NCBI GenBank assembly: GCA_038108875.1
Contig: JAYNII010000001.1
Span: forward strand, 101,450-165,003
DNA length: 63,554 bases
Origin: Gammaproteobacteria bacterium
GTDB taxonomy: Bacteria > Pseudomonadota > Gammaproteobacteria > Magnimaribacterales > D2472
Reading direction: 5' to 3'
In this document: positions 47,967-58,358 of the stretch, one piece after another
Layout: the number at the start of each line of letters is the position of its first letter
Position numbering within the stretch: position 1 is the stretch's first letter
Position numbers and translations under genes: made by a program
The notes under the pieces: generated by a model
The model's database searches: none
Told to the model about the DNA's origin: nothing
The model's input: only the letters and a program-made list of their open reading frames with translations

Positions 47967-48913
47967 AATCAACAGATTTATATCCATGGCTTAAAAAAAT
48001 AAGTAAGGAATTATTGTTGATGCCATCTCTTCCAAATACTTTAATATTGGAAGGCAACCCTGGTCTCGGTAAAGCAGAATTAGCTCTAGATCTCATTCAA
48101 AGACTATTGTGCCAAAAAAATTCGGGTTGCGAAGATTGCCAGAGCTGTTTACTTTTTAAAGAAAATACTCACCCAGAGTTTCATTTGGTTGATCTAGAGG
48201 AGAACAAATCTTTTATTTCCATTGATCAGATAAGGAAAGTGATAGATTTTATGAATCTAACTGTATCCCCTCAGGCTGCAAGAGTTGTATTAATTTTGAA
48301 TGCAGACAGATTAAATAAACAGGCTCAAAATGGGCTCCTCAAAACATTAGAAGAAAGCTCATTGAAAAAGTATATATACTTAGTTGCTAACTCAAGGAAT
48401 GCTTTGCTTCCAACCATATACAGCAGATGTTTTGTAAGAAGAATTCCATCTCCAAACACCAGTTCTATTGACGCATGGTTAAGTCAGCAAGGAATAATCA
48501 ACATTTCTGCTAATGATTTTCCTAGTTTTTACTCCCCAAAGCTCATGAAAACAATGGTTGAGTCAGGTAAATCAGAGTTATTTCGAAATGTATTAAGTAG
48601 TCTCGACGATCTAATTTGTGGAAGAGTAGGAATAATATCCGTTCAACAATTCTTTAAAGATTTGGATATTAGTTTTCCTGAAAAAATAGATCTACTTGTT
48701 CAGTATCTTCTTTTAAAAATTGGCACTGAAACAGACTTTTACAAGCCTCATACTAAATTTGATTCTCTTAAAAAATCCGGATCATTAACTTTAACTACTT
48801 CAAGCTTTGTTCATGAATTGCTTGATTACAAAGCAACATTGTTAAAAATTCCTGGCTTAAATGAACAAATCGGTATGAGTTATTTCTTAAATAAGATAAC
48901 AAGAGTTACCTAA
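47963..48913 (+). CDS. holB: DNA polymerase III delta' subunit
   Basis: Zn motif C..GCEDCQSC, HPEF, ISIDQIR, NGLLKTLEE and TIYSRC; follows tmk. Confidence 0.9.
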   Translation: MKSTDLYPWLKKISKELLLMPSLPNTLILEGNPGLGKAELALDLIQRLLCQKNSGCEDCQSCLLFKENTHPEFHLVDLEENKSFISIDQIRKVIDFMNLTVSPQAARVVLILNADRLNKQAQNGLLKTLEESSLKKYIYLVANSRNALLPTIYSRCFVRRIPSPNTSSIDAWLSQQGIINISANDFPSFYSPKLMKTMVESGKSELFRNVLSSLDDLICGRVGIISVQQFFKDLDISFPEKIDLLVQYLLLKIGTETDFYKPHTKFDSLKKSGSLTLTTSSFVHELLDYKATLLKIPGLNEQIGMSYFLNKITRVT

Positions 48914-48914
48914 G

Positions 48915-49688
48915 TTAGATAATTGTTGATCCTCCATCAACTACTATGGTTTCTCCATTTACGTAACCACCAGCCTTTGAGGCTAACATCACTGCAATGC
49001 CAGCTATCTCGACAGGGTCGCCAATCCTTCTTAAAGGATTTGTAGATGTGACTGTCTTGAGAATGCTTGGATTTTCCCAGAGAGCTTTTGCCATATCTGT
49101 TTTAATTAACCCGGGTGCGATTGCATTAGCTCTGATATTGAATGGTCCAAATTCAGCTGCAATATTTTTTACCATAGCTATATCTGCAGCTTTGCTCATA
49201 TTGTAGGTTCCTAGGATAGAACTTCCTCTAAGTCCGCCAATACTTGAGATAATTATAATAGAACCTTCTTTTCTTGCCTTCATCTGAGGTAGAACGAGGT
49301 TTGTAAGTATATGGTTTGATCTTACGTTATTGGACATGATTTTATCAAACATTTCTAAGGGTATATCTTCCATGCCTCCCATGTAGGGATTAGTTGCTGC
49401 ATTACAGATAAGTGTATCTATTTTTCCAAGTTGCTGATTGGTTTGGGTGATCAGATTTTGGAGATCTTCAGGATTTGAAATATTTGCAGCTATTGGAATG
49501 GCTACCTTTTTATTAAGAGCATCATTAATCTCATTTGCTGTTTCTTTGCAAGCTTCTATTTTACGACTTGAAATTACAACTTCTGCTCCAAAGATTGCAC
49601 ATTGTTCAGCAATAGCTTTACCTATGCCTTTTGACGAACCAGTAATAACAATAACCTTATTTTTTAGGCTAAATATATTATTTTCCAT
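48915..49688 (-). CDS. Short-chain dehydrogenase (DHRS4-like)
   Basis: TGSSKGIG, NAATNP, YNMSK and APGLIKT motifs. Confidence 0.88.
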   Translation of the reverse strand: MENNIFSLKNKVIVITGSSKGIGKAIAEQCAIFGAEVVISSRKIEACKETANEINDALNKKVAIPIAANISNPEDLQNLITQTNQQLGKIDTLICNAATNPYMGGMEDIPLEMFDKIMSNNVRSNHILTNLVLPQMKARKEGSIIIISSIGGLRGSSILGTYNMSKAADIAMVKNIAAEFGPFNIRANAIAPGLIKTDMAKALWENPSILKTVTSTNPLRRIGDPVEIAGIAVMLASKAGGYVNGETIVVDGGSTII

Positions 49689-49701
49689 TTATAATTCCCT
49701 T

Positions 49702-49935
49702 ATGTTTGAAAATGTAGAGATATACTCAAAAAGTATTTGTCCTTATTGTGATAAAGCTAAGTTTTATTTTAATTCTAAAGGAGTTGAATATAAAGAATAC
49801 AATGTCGAGGATCCTGTGCATATGCAAACAATGTTGCAAAGAAATCCCTCTGCAAGAACTGTCCCCCAAATATTTATTAATAATGAGCTTATTGGCGGTT
49901 ACACAGATCTAATAGAAAAATTTGAAACCAAATAG
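49702..49935 (+). CDS. grxC: Glutaredoxin 3 (dithiol)
   Basis: True start ATG 49702 inside the 49438 ORF-track call; CPYC, TVPQIF and GGYTD motifs. Confidence 0.9.
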   Translation: MFENVEIYSKSICPYCDKAKFYFNSKGVEYKEYNVEDPVHMQTMLQRNPSARTVPQIFINNELIGGYTDLIEKFETK

Positions 49936-49944
49936 GTACTAATT

Positions 49945-51615
49945 ATGGCTGAATTTAATAATTTTCTTATTACTCTTGATAGTTATTTATCAGGTTCTTG
50001 GTGGTTTCCTGCTCTTCTGATCGGGACAGGCTTATTTTTTACTGTGTATCTTGGGTTTCCCCAGTTTAGATTTTTTGGCCAATCACTAAAACTACTTTCT
50101 GGTAAGAATAATAAATCAAGTGGAGAGGGCGATACTACTGGATTTGAGTCATTAACCACTGCAATGTCTGGTGCTGTTGGCACAGGAAATATTGGAGGAG
50201 TAGCCTTGGCAATATGGACTGGAGGCCCTGCTGCTATTTTTTGGATGTGGATTACTGCAATCTTCGGTATGACTACCAAAATGGTAGAAGTTACTTTAGG
50301 ACATAAATATAGAACAAAGCTTGAAGATGGATCTATTTCAGGTGGACCTATGTACTATATTGAGCATGCTTTGAAGATGAAATGGGTGGCAATCTTGTTC
50401 GCATTCTTTATGATTCTCACTGCTATCGGATCAGGAAATATGCCGCAAATCAATAATATAGCGGTAGTTATGGACACAGAGTTTTCAATTCCTAAACTTA
50501 TAACTGGTTTATTCTTAGGTATATTACTTTGGATAATAATAGTTGGAGGAATCACAAGAATAGCATCAGTAGCTAGCAAACTTATTCCGCTGATGGGTTT
50601 AATCTATTTAGGAGGAGCTTTCGTTGTCTTGGTGGAAAATTACCAAAATATAATTCCTTCCTTTAATGCTATTTTTGCACAAGTTTTTACTGGGTCAGCA
50701 GCTGTAGGTGGATTTTTAGGAGCAAGTTTTGCTCTAAGTCTAAAATACGGCGTTGCTAGAGGTCTATTTTCTAATGAAGCTGGTCAGGGCTCTTCTCCAA
50801 TTGCCCACGCTGCTTCTAAGAATAAATCTATTGAACAAGGGATTGTGTCAATTTTAGAACCTTTCATTGACACCATTGTCGTTTGTAGCGTTACCGCTCT
50901 AGTAATTCTTTCCAGCGGTGTTTGGACGGAGAAATTCGATACTTCATTTGCTAAAACAGATATGATAATTCTTGATGGACAATACAGCGATCAAAAAAAT
51001 GAAAATGGAAAGTATATTTATCCAGATCAAGTGAGCCAATTAACCAGTTATGTTCAATCCATAAATTCAAATGTAAATGAATTCTCTGGTTCCATAGAGG
51101 TTATCGATGGACAGATAATTACTGAGAACCTAACCATTCTTCATTCTAGGTCTGTAGGAGAAAATGTTAAGGTATATGCTAACAACGGAGGAGATTTATA
51201 TAATGGAGTTTTAGTGGTTGAAGACGGAAAAGTTCAAGACTCAGTATCTTTTAAAGGTAAATCTTTAGTCAGTTCAGCTGAACTGACCGCCAAAGCTTTT
51301 TCACAGGGTTTATTTGGAGATTTCGGGGGTAAATTGGTTGCTATTTCACTTCTATTGTTTGCTTTTTCAACTGCCATTACCTGGTGTTATTATGGAGATA
51401 GATCTACCGCCTATATTTTTGGTGAAAAGGGTGTTTTTTGGTATAGAAATTTTTATGTTCTATGTTTCATACTGGCTGCAATAATTGATACTACAATAGT
51501 TTGGAATATTGCATATGTAGTTGTTGCGTTAGTTACTATACCCAATCTAATCGCATTGTTTGTTCTACGCAAAGATTTAAAAGAAGAGTTAGACAAGTTT
51601 GAACCAGTTAATTAA
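49945..51615 (+). CDS. Alanine/glycine:Na+ symporter (AgcS/AlsT family)
   Basis: VGTGNI.GV, GGP.AIFWMW, GGPMYYI, RGLFSNEAG and FIDT motifs; large soluble insertion. Confidence 0.9.
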   Translation: MAEFNNFLITLDSYLSGSWWFPALLIGTGLFFTVYLGFPQFRFFGQSLKLLSGKNNKSSGEGDTTGFESLTTAMSGAVGTGNIGGVALAIWTGGPAAIFWMWITAIFGMTTKMVEVTLGHKYRTKLEDGSISGGPMYYIEHALKMKWVAILFAFFMILTAIGSGNMPQINNIAVVMDTEFSIPKLITGLFLGILLWIIIVGGITRIASVASKLIPLMGLIYLGGAFVVLVENYQNIIPSFNAIFAQVFTGSAAVGGFLGASFALSLKYGVARGLFSNEAGQGSSPIAHAASKNKSIEQGIVSILEPFIDTIVVCSVTALVILSSGVWTEKFDTSFAKTDMIILDGQYSDQKNENGKYIYPDQVSQLTSYVQSINSNVNEFSGSIEVIDGQIITENLTILHSRSVGENVKVYANNGGDLYNGVLVVEDGKVQDSVSFKGKSLVSSAELTAKAFSQGLFGDFGGKLVAISLLLFAFSTAITWCYYGDRSTAYIFGEKGVFWYRNFYVLCFILAAIIDTTIVWNIAYVVVALVTIPNLIALFVLRKDLKEELDKFEPVN

Positions 51616-51629
51616 AGGAGATTATTAAA

Positions 51630-52106
51630 ATGGCTATATCTGAAAATTCTGCAATACCAAGTGTTGATGTTGCAATTATTCAAAACGCTGAAAAATTAAA
51701 CATCAATACCAATACTTATTTCTCAACTGGAAAATTTGTATTGGTAGGGGTTCCAGGGGCTTTTACCCCAACGTGTCATTTACAGCATTTTCCAGGTTAT
51801 GTTGAAAGCAATAAAGAATTTCTAAACAAGGGATACAAAGTGGTGTTTATGTCGGTAAACGATCCTTTTGTAATGAAAGCTTGGTCCGAGGCTGTGAAGA
51901 ATTCTGATATAGATTGCATAGCAGATGGAAATTGTTCATTTACAGAATCGTTGGATTTGGTTATGGATGGTTCAGCTTTTGGCCTTGGCAAAAGGTGTAA
52001 AAGGTTTGCTATGGTAATAGAAAATGGCATCATTAAAAGTATCTATGTAGAGGAAGCAGGGAAATTAGATGTTTCCGCAGCTGTAAACGTACTTGCTCAA
52101 ATCTGA
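51630..52106 (+). CDS. Peroxiredoxin, Prx5 subfamily
   Basis: PGAFTPTC...H.PG and SVNDPFVM.AW motifs. Confidence 0.92.
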   Translation: MAISENSAIPSVDVAIIQNAEKLNINTNTYFSTGKFVLVGVPGAFTPTCHLQHFPGYVESNKEFLNKGYKVVFMSVNDPFVMKAWSEAVKNSDIDCIADGNCSFTESLDLVMDGSAFGLGKRCKRFAMVIENGIIKSIYVEEAGKLDVSAAVNVLAQI

Positions 52107-52979
52107 GTGAAATCAGTCTTATTTATTGGTTTAGGTACCATGGGCTTTCCCATGGCAACCCATATTCATAATAAAACACACCATAAGCTTTATGTTTTTA
52201 ATCGAACTGAAACAAAAGAGAAGGAATTTATCTCTCAGGTTGGTGGACAATCTTTTAGAGAGCTGACCAGACCTTCTGAGATTTTTGATTATGCAATTAT
52301 TTGTTTGAAGGACGATGATGCAATACTAGATACCCTAGAGACTTATAAAGTCATGGATTATCTTAAAAAAGATGCAGTGATAATTGATCACTCTACGACT
52401 TCTTTAAATTTAGTTGATCGTATTCTTTCTAATAAAAAGTTTATTCAAAAGAGGATTGGTTTTTTAGACGCTCCGGTCTCAGGAGGAGAATCTGGAGCCA
52501 TTAAGGGTGTTCTTACAACTATGGTTGGAGGCAATGAGGATAATTTAAAAATTGCAACAGAAGTAATCTTTGCTTATACAAAATCAATTGTTCATATAGG
52601 TAAAAATGGTCATGGACAGATTGCAAAAATGATTAATCAGATTTGTATTGCAGGAATTTTACAAGGTCTAGCAGAAGCTCTTGTATTTGGACGCTCACAA
52701 AATGTAGATATGCAAAAAGTTATTAAAGCTATTTCTGGGGGAGCGGCTCAATCTTGGCAATTAGACAACAGAGCCTTAACCATGCTCAGTGAGGAATTTA
52801 ACTTTGGCTTTGCAATCGATTTAATGATAAAAGATCTAGAAATTATTAAGCAATCTCAACCAAAAGACATATCCAGTCTTAAACTCACTTTAGATGTCCT
52901 TTCTAAATACAAAGATTTATCTAGAAAAGGTATGGGAAGACTTGATACCTCTGTACTAATAAAGTCTCTGCAATCTTAA
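52107..52979 (+). CDS. 3-hydroxyisobutyrate/2-hydroxy-3-oxopropionate dehydrogenase family
   Basis: FIGLGTMG, DAPVSGG, KMINQ and KDL motifs. Confidence 0.88.
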   Translation: MKSVLFIGLGTMGFPMATHIHNKTHHKLYVFNRTETKEKEFISQVGGQSFRELTRPSEIFDYAIICLKDDDAILDTLETYKVMDYLKKDAVIIDHSTTSLNLVDRILSNKKFIQKRIGFLDAPVSGGESGAIKGVLTTMVGGNEDNLKIATEVIFAYTKSIVHIGKNGHGQIAKMINQICIAGILQGLAEALVFGRSQNVDMQKVIKAISGGAAQSWQLDNRALTMLSEEFNFGFAIDLMIKDLEIIKQSQPKDISSLKLTLDVLSKYKDLSRKGMGRLDTSVLIKSLQS

Positions 52980-55066
52980 TCAATTAAGTTAAGTAGAAAA
53001 TTATATTCTTCAGCCTTTTCTTCGAATGAGTTAATAATACCGCTCTTGCCTCCATGTCCTCCAGCAAGATTCATTTTTAGAAGAATGGGTTGTTCAGAAG
53101 TAGTATATTCTCTGAGTTTTGGAACATATTTTGCAGGTTCAAAATATTGAACTTGCGAGTCATATAAGCTGGAAGTTACAAATACTGCGGGGTAGGGTAA
53201 TGCAGAGATATTGTCGTAAGGTGAATATCTGCTCATATATTCATATTCTTCTTTAATTCCAGGGTTACCCCACTCATCGTACTCAAACGTTGTTAATGGA
53301 ATTGAGGGATCTGACATGGTTGTCAGGACATCTACAAAGGGAACACCTGAGAGAATTCCCTTATACAATGTAGGCTCAAGATTTATAACGGCTCCCATTA
53401 ATAACCCTCCGGCACTTCCTCCTTGGGCGAATACATTTTGATTATCTCCTAAGCCATTTTCAAGGATAGCATGGACAGCATCATTAAAATCATAAAATGT
53501 ATTCATCTTATTTTGCATTCTGCCAGCATCGTACCAATGTTTACCCATTTCACCGCCACCTCTGATATTTACCATTACATAAATAAAACCTCTATCAAGA
53601 AGGGGTAAAAGCATCTTTCTAAAGTTAGCTTCAGTGTTAATACCGTAGGAGCCATATCCATAAAATAAGATTGGCGAATTCTTTGGAGTAGTTTTTTTCT
53701 TAACTACAGATAGTGGAATATTCGTGCCGTCTCTTGACTTGATAAAATGTCTAGAAGTTTCATACTGGTCTTTAAGATAACCAGTAACTTCGGTTTCCCA
53801 GACTACCCGTTTGGTTAAACTAAGGAAGTCAACTTCTATAATCTGAGAAGGACTTATAAGAGAAGAATACTCAAAGTAAAAATTAGCATCTTGATTTTGA
53901 TATTTTGAGGGCAACAGAGAGGAAGCATAACTCTCTTCAGGTTGTTTAATAATGTCTATCTTCTCAGATGAATTTCGAAGAATGCCTATTTCTGGTAAAC
54001 CATTAACTCTAATACTTAAGGCAACAAAGTTCTTATGGGGTTGCATATCTTCAATAAAAGTATTTGTGTCATGGTTAAGGATTAAGTTTTCTTGATTAAA
54101 GAAATTTTGAGCATCTTTCAAAAGAACTTTATAAACTGCAAAATTTGGAGCACTTCTATTTGATCGAATAAATAAATCCTGATCTAAAGCATCCGCATAA
54201 TATAAATGGTCAGTTTCTCTTGGATGAATAATATTGAGGTCTTGAGTTCCTTTTACTAAGTACCTAATTTCATTTGAATTTGTTGATTCGATATTAACAA
54301 ATGCAATATGACTATCAATTGATTGATATAAATTCATATTAAACTCTGGATTTTGTTCTTGATAAATTAACTTATCTCTATCTTGTGAATCGCCAAGCGT
54401 GTGGATATAAAGCTTATTGGCAATTAAGGTGATTGGATCTTTTTGAAGGTATAACACCGATTTTTGATCAAGCCAAACAATATTTCCAGTAGTCAATCTC
54501 AAAACATCTTCAACAACTTCTTGAGTTTGTAAATTAATAAATTTAACCAGGTATTCTCTTCTACCCGTTGTATCTTCAGCAAATGCCAACAGAGCATTAT
54601 TTGGAGATGGATTTAAGAAAGCGACATTGTAATAGTCAAACTCAGTAAATTTTTTATTTGGATCTAGCACTACTTCATCAACATTATTTAGAGATCGATA
54701 ATAGATTGGTAGTTGTTGATCTTTTTGTTGAATTGAAAAATATTTAAATTCACCATTTTGATAGGTGAATGACTTTTCTGCTTCAGGTAAGTAAGAGAGC
54801 AGCTCGCTAACAATTTCTTTTTTATAGTCTGTTTTGGAGGCAAACCACTTTGATGTGTATAAGTTTTCGCTTTTTAAATACTCTATAACCACTGGATCAG
54901 ATCTTGAGTCGTCTCTTAACCAATAATATTCATCTATTCGAGTATAGTCATGCGCTTTAAGCTCGTAAGGTATTTTTTTGGGAATTGGTGCAATATTATT
55001 CATAAGATCGTTTTTCTCACATGAGAGTGTAAGTAAGAGTGATAGGATTAATAAGATTCGGTTCAT
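52976..55066 (-). CDS. ptrB: Oligopeptidase B (S9A), probable lipoprotein
   Basis: GGSAGG nucleophile, YGYGSYG, DSQV and GH motifs; start ATG 55066 with lipobox LTLSC. Confidence 0.9.
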   Translation of the reverse strand: MNRILLILSLLLTLSCEKNDLMNNIAPIPKKIPYELKAHDYTRIDEYYWLRDDSRSDPVVIEYLKSENLYTSKWFASKTDYKKEIVSELLSYLPEAEKSFTYQNGEFKYFSIQQKDQQLPIYYRSLNNVDEVVLDPNKKFTEFDYYNVAFLNPSPNNALLAFAEDTTGRREYLVKFINLQTQEVVEDVLRLTTGNIVWLDQKSVLYLQKDPITLIANKLYIHTLGDSQDRDKLIYQEQNPEFNMNLYQSIDSHIAFVNIESTNSNEIRYLVKGTQDLNIIHPRETDHLYYADALDQDLFIRSNRSAPNFAVYKVLLKDAQNFFNQENLILNHDTNTFIEDMQPHKNFVALSIRVNGLPEIGILRNSSEKIDIIKQPEESYASSLLPSKYQNQDANFYFEYSSLISPSQIIEVDFLSLTKRVVWETEVTGYLKDQYETSRHFIKSRDGTNIPLSVVKKKTTPKNSPILFYGYGSYGINTEANFRKMLLPLLDRGFIYVMVNIRGGGEMGKHWYDAGRMQNKMNTFYDFNDAVHAILENGLGDNQNVFAQGGSAGGLLMGAVINLEPTLYKGILSGVPFVDVLTTMSDPSIPLTTFEYDEWGNPGIKEEYEYMSRYSPYDNISALPYPAVFVTSSLYDSQVQYFEPAKYVPKLREYTTSEQPILLKMNLAGGHGGKSGIINSFEEKAEEYNFLLNLID

Positions 55067-55135
55067 ACATAATAATTTTATCTGCAAAACAAGTTGCTGT
55101 GTAAATAAGATAGAATAGCCTATAACTAGGAGCCT

Positions 55136-55726
55136 ATGAATTTACCAGAAATAGTTATACCAAAAAATTTCTTAGCCAAAAGACCAAAATCTCTTAGTTT
55201 TTTGTGTAGAAAAATATTTAAATTAATTGGCTGGAAAGCCCTAGGAACTATTCCTGAAAACAAAAATTTAATGGTTGCTGTAGGACCGCATACCTCGAAC
55301 TGGGATTTTGTCGTTGGCATGCTTTTTGTCATAGGTTGGGATGCAAGAATTAATTGGATAGGTAAACACTCAATTTTTAAACCAGGCCTAAGTAAATTAT
55401 TTAGAGGATTTGGAGGAATTCCAGTAAATAGGGAAAATTCTGAAAACTTAATGGAAGAAATTCATCAGGTAATTAATCAACATAAACATTACATTATTGC
55501 AATTGCTCCGGAGGGAACAAGAAAGAAGGTTGAAAAGTTAAAGTCCGGATTCATTAGAATTTCAAATCAATTGCAGTGCGATATTATGCTTGCTGGTTTA
55601 GATTTCAAAAGGAAGATGATAATCATCAATGATTTCTTTCAACCTTGCGGAGACCTAGAATTGGATTTAGCCGCAGTTAAAAGTTACTTCGCTAACTTTG
55701 GTGCAAAGAGGAAAAATAATTTTTGA
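55136..55726 (+). CDS. PlsC-family acyltransferase
   Basis: PHTSNWD and APEGTR motifs. Confidence 0.88.
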   Translation: MNLPEIVIPKNFLAKRPKSLSFLCRKIFKLIGWKALGTIPENKNLMVAVGPHTSNWDFVVGMLFVIGWDARINWIGKHSIFKPGLSKLFRGFGGIPVNRENSENLMEEIHQVINQHKHYIIAIAPEGTRKKVEKLKSGFIRISNQLQCDIMLAGLDFKRKMIIINDFFQPCGDLELDLAAVKSYFANFGAKRKNNF

Positions 55727-57300
55727 CTGTGAGAAAAATTCTAATTTTATTAAGTTTCGTTCTGGTAGGTTGTTCAAACCAGGAATTTGATTTGGTTATC
55801 ATTAATGGGCTTGTTATAGATGGTTCAGGTCAACCTGGTATTTATCAAGACATTGGAATTGTAGACGATAAGATTGTGTATATTGGCAATCAATTACCTT
55901 TCAAAGCAAAGAAAACAATCAATGCAGAGGGTTTGGTTGTATCACCAGGATTCATTGACCCTCACACACATGCTGTGAGAGGGATCTATGATGTACCTAC
56001 TGCAGATAGTTCCTTACTTCAAGGCATCACAACTTTAACTGAAGGAAACGATGGAACTTCACCATTTCCAATCGCAGAACACTATAACCTCATCGAACAA
56101 ACCAAAATCAGTCCAAATTGGGCTGTTTTTGTTGGCCAAGGAACTATTAGAGAGCAAGTTATGGGTCTAGAAAATAGGCCTGCTACAAGCGAAGAACTAT
56201 CTTTAATGAAGGACTTAGTGCAAGAGGCAATGGTACAAGGAGCGCTTGGTCTATCTACAGGTCTTTTTTATGTTCCAGGAAATTTTACTCCGACTACTGA
56301 AATCATTGAACTTGCCAAAGTGGCAGCTTCTTATGGAGGAATTTACATTTCCCACATGAGAGAGGAAGCATCTGCCATCATAGATTCTGTGCAAGAAACT
56401 ATAGAGATTGGAAAAAAAGCAAATATACCTGTGCAGATTACGCATCATAAAGTCATTGGTAAAAAAAATTGGGGCCTTTCAAGAGAGACGCTTAAATTGG
56501 TTGATGATGCTTCACATGAGGGATTGAAAGTAACTTTGGATCAATACCCTTACACTGCTTCGCAGACCTCTATAAGAGCTTTAATTCCTCAATGGGCTCA
56601 GGAAGGGGGAACACTAGAATTAATCGCAAGAATCGATAATCCTGAAATTAACACTCAATTGATTGTTGAAGTTGTCGATAAAATTCTGAACGATCGAGGT
56701 GGAGGACACCCTAAAAATGTATATATTTCTAAATGCTCATGGAATACGGCATTTGAAGGAAAAAGCCTTGCTGATATTTTAGTTTCAAGAAGCTTGGATC
56801 CTACTCCAGAAAATGCTGCTCTTTTAGTATTTGAAATTGTTAAGGGTGGAGGTGCCTCAGCTGTTTTTCATGCAATCTCTGAAGATGATGTGCTAAATAT
56901 TATGAAACACCCATTAGCAGCAATAGGATCTGATGGCCCAATAACTATATTTAACGAGGGCGCTCCTCATCCTAGGACATATGGTACGTTTGCAAGGGTA
57001 TTAGGGAAGTATGTCAGAGAAGATAAGGTAATTAGTCTCGAAGAAGCTATTCGAAAGATGACCTCCTTAACTGCAACTACTTTTAATATTAAACAACGAG
57101 GCTTACTAAAGAGAGATTATTTTGCCGATATAACTATATTCAACCCTAATACAGTGGTTGATAATGCAACCTTTGCTAACCCACATCAATATGCTTCTGG
57201 AGTTATCTACGTTTTAGTTAACGGTCAAGTTGTCGTAGAAAATGGAAAGCACAATGGTAAAAGACCTGGCAGAATTTTAAGAGGCCCAGGGTTTAATTAG
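55723..57300 (+). CDS. N-acyl-D-amino-acid deacylase (D-aminoacylase), probable lipoprotein
   Basis: PGFIDPHTH, STGL.Y.PG, SHMR, DQYPY, GSDG and PHPR.YGTF motifs; lipobox LVGC. Confidence 0.88.
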   Translation: MTVRKILILLSFVLVGCSNQEFDLVIINGLVIDGSGQPGIYQDIGIVDDKIVYIGNQLPFKAKKTINAEGLVVSPGFIDPHTHAVRGIYDVPTADSSLLQGITTLTEGNDGTSPFPIAEHYNLIEQTKISPNWAVFVGQGTIREQVMGLENRPATSEELSLMKDLVQEAMVQGALGLSTGLFYVPGNFTPTTEIIELAKVAASYGGIYISHMREEASAIIDSVQETIEIGKKANIPVQITHHKVIGKKNWGLSRETLKLVDDASHEGLKVTLDQYPYTASQTSIRALIPQWAQEGGTLELIARIDNPEINTQLIVEVVDKILNDRGGGHPKNVYISKCSWNTAFEGKSLADILVSRSLDPTPENAALLVFEIVKGGGASAVFHAISEDDVLNIMKHPLAAIGSDGPITIFNEGAPHPRTYGTFARVLGKYVREDKVISLEEAIRKMTSLTATTFNIKQRGLLKRDYFADITIFNPNTVVDNATFANPHQYASGVIYVLVNGQVVVENGKHNGKRPGRILRGPGFN

Positions 57301-57302
57301 GA

Positions 57303-58358
57303 TTATCTAAAACTAGCGTTAACTGCTTTAAGATTTTGTCTACTTGGCAACAATTCCTTACTCCCCATCGAGTTTAGTGGAGTATCCGTGACATTCATAA
57401 TATTACAATGCTCCCTTACTTTTTCATTTATGTATAAGAGACCGGTTAGAATATTACCTTGGTCTTCTGCCTTATAGATTTTATCTAAAACCATATTTTT
57501 ATTAGTTGGATTAAATTTTTTATCTATCTTTTTTAATGATATATAAGCACCACTGTGAAGTTTTACATTGGTTCGTTGGCCAGATTTATATTTAGTTGTA
57601 ATTTCTTTCTTAGAGGGGACAAAATCTAGCAATGATACAGATTCATTGTGTTCTCTTACATAATCGTAACTTTTTGTAGAACCAGCATGGTTATTAAAAG
57701 CTACACAAGGAGAGATAATATCTACTAAAGCAAAACCATTAAATTCTATTGCCGCTTTTAAAATTGGAATAAGTTGATCTTTATCACCAGAAAAACTCCT
57801 TGCCACAAATCCTGCTCCCAATTGAATAGCCATTTTGGCTAAATCAATTGGTTCAAATAAATTTTCATCACCGTACTTATTTTTGGAATTTAAATCATTA
57901 GTTGCAGAAAACTGACCTTTGGTGAGACCGTATGTGCCATTATTTTCCACAATATAAACCATGTTCACTTGTCTTCTCACAGCATGCATAAATTGACCTA
58001 TGCCAATTGAAGCTGTATCGCCGTCACCTGATACTCCCATGTAGATTAGATTTTTATTAGCTAGATTTGCTCCGGTTGCAACCGAGGGCATTCTTCCATG
58101 AACAGAATTAAAACCATGAGCTTGATTTAAGAAATAAGAAGGAGATTTAGATGAACAACCTATACCAGATAGCTTAGCAACTTTATGTGCTGAAATATTT
58201 AATTGAAAGCAAGCATCAACTATTGCTGCACTAATAGAATCATGACCACACCCAGCACAGAGGGTTGAAATAGTACCCTCATAATCTCTTCTAGTGAGTC
58301 CAATTTTATTTCTCTCAAGAGCGGGGTGGTGGTTTTTAGGTTTTCCTATATAGGTCAT
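57303..58358 (-). CDS. korB: 2-oxoacid:ferredoxin oxidoreductase beta subunit
   Basis: CAGCG, SGIGCS, VHGR, TPP motif GDGD...NNGTYGLTKGQ, SPC. Confidence 0.92.
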   Translation of the reverse strand: MTYIGKPKNHHPALERNKIGLTRRDYEGTISTLCAGCGHDSISAAIVDACFQLNISAHKVAKLSGIGCSSKSPSYFLNQAHGFNSVHGRMPSVATGANLANKNLIYMGVSGDGDTASIGIGQFMHAVRRQVNMVYIVENNGTYGLTKGQFSATNDLNSKNKYGDENLFEPIDLAKMAIQLGAGFVARSFSGDKDQLIPILKAAIEFNGFALVDIISPCVAFNNHAGSTKSYDYVREHNESVSLLDFVPSKKEITTKYKSGQRTNVKLHSGAYISLKKIDKKFNPTNKNMVLDKIYKAEDQGNILTGLLYINEKVREHCNIMNVTDTPLNSMGSKELLPSRQNLKAVNASFR

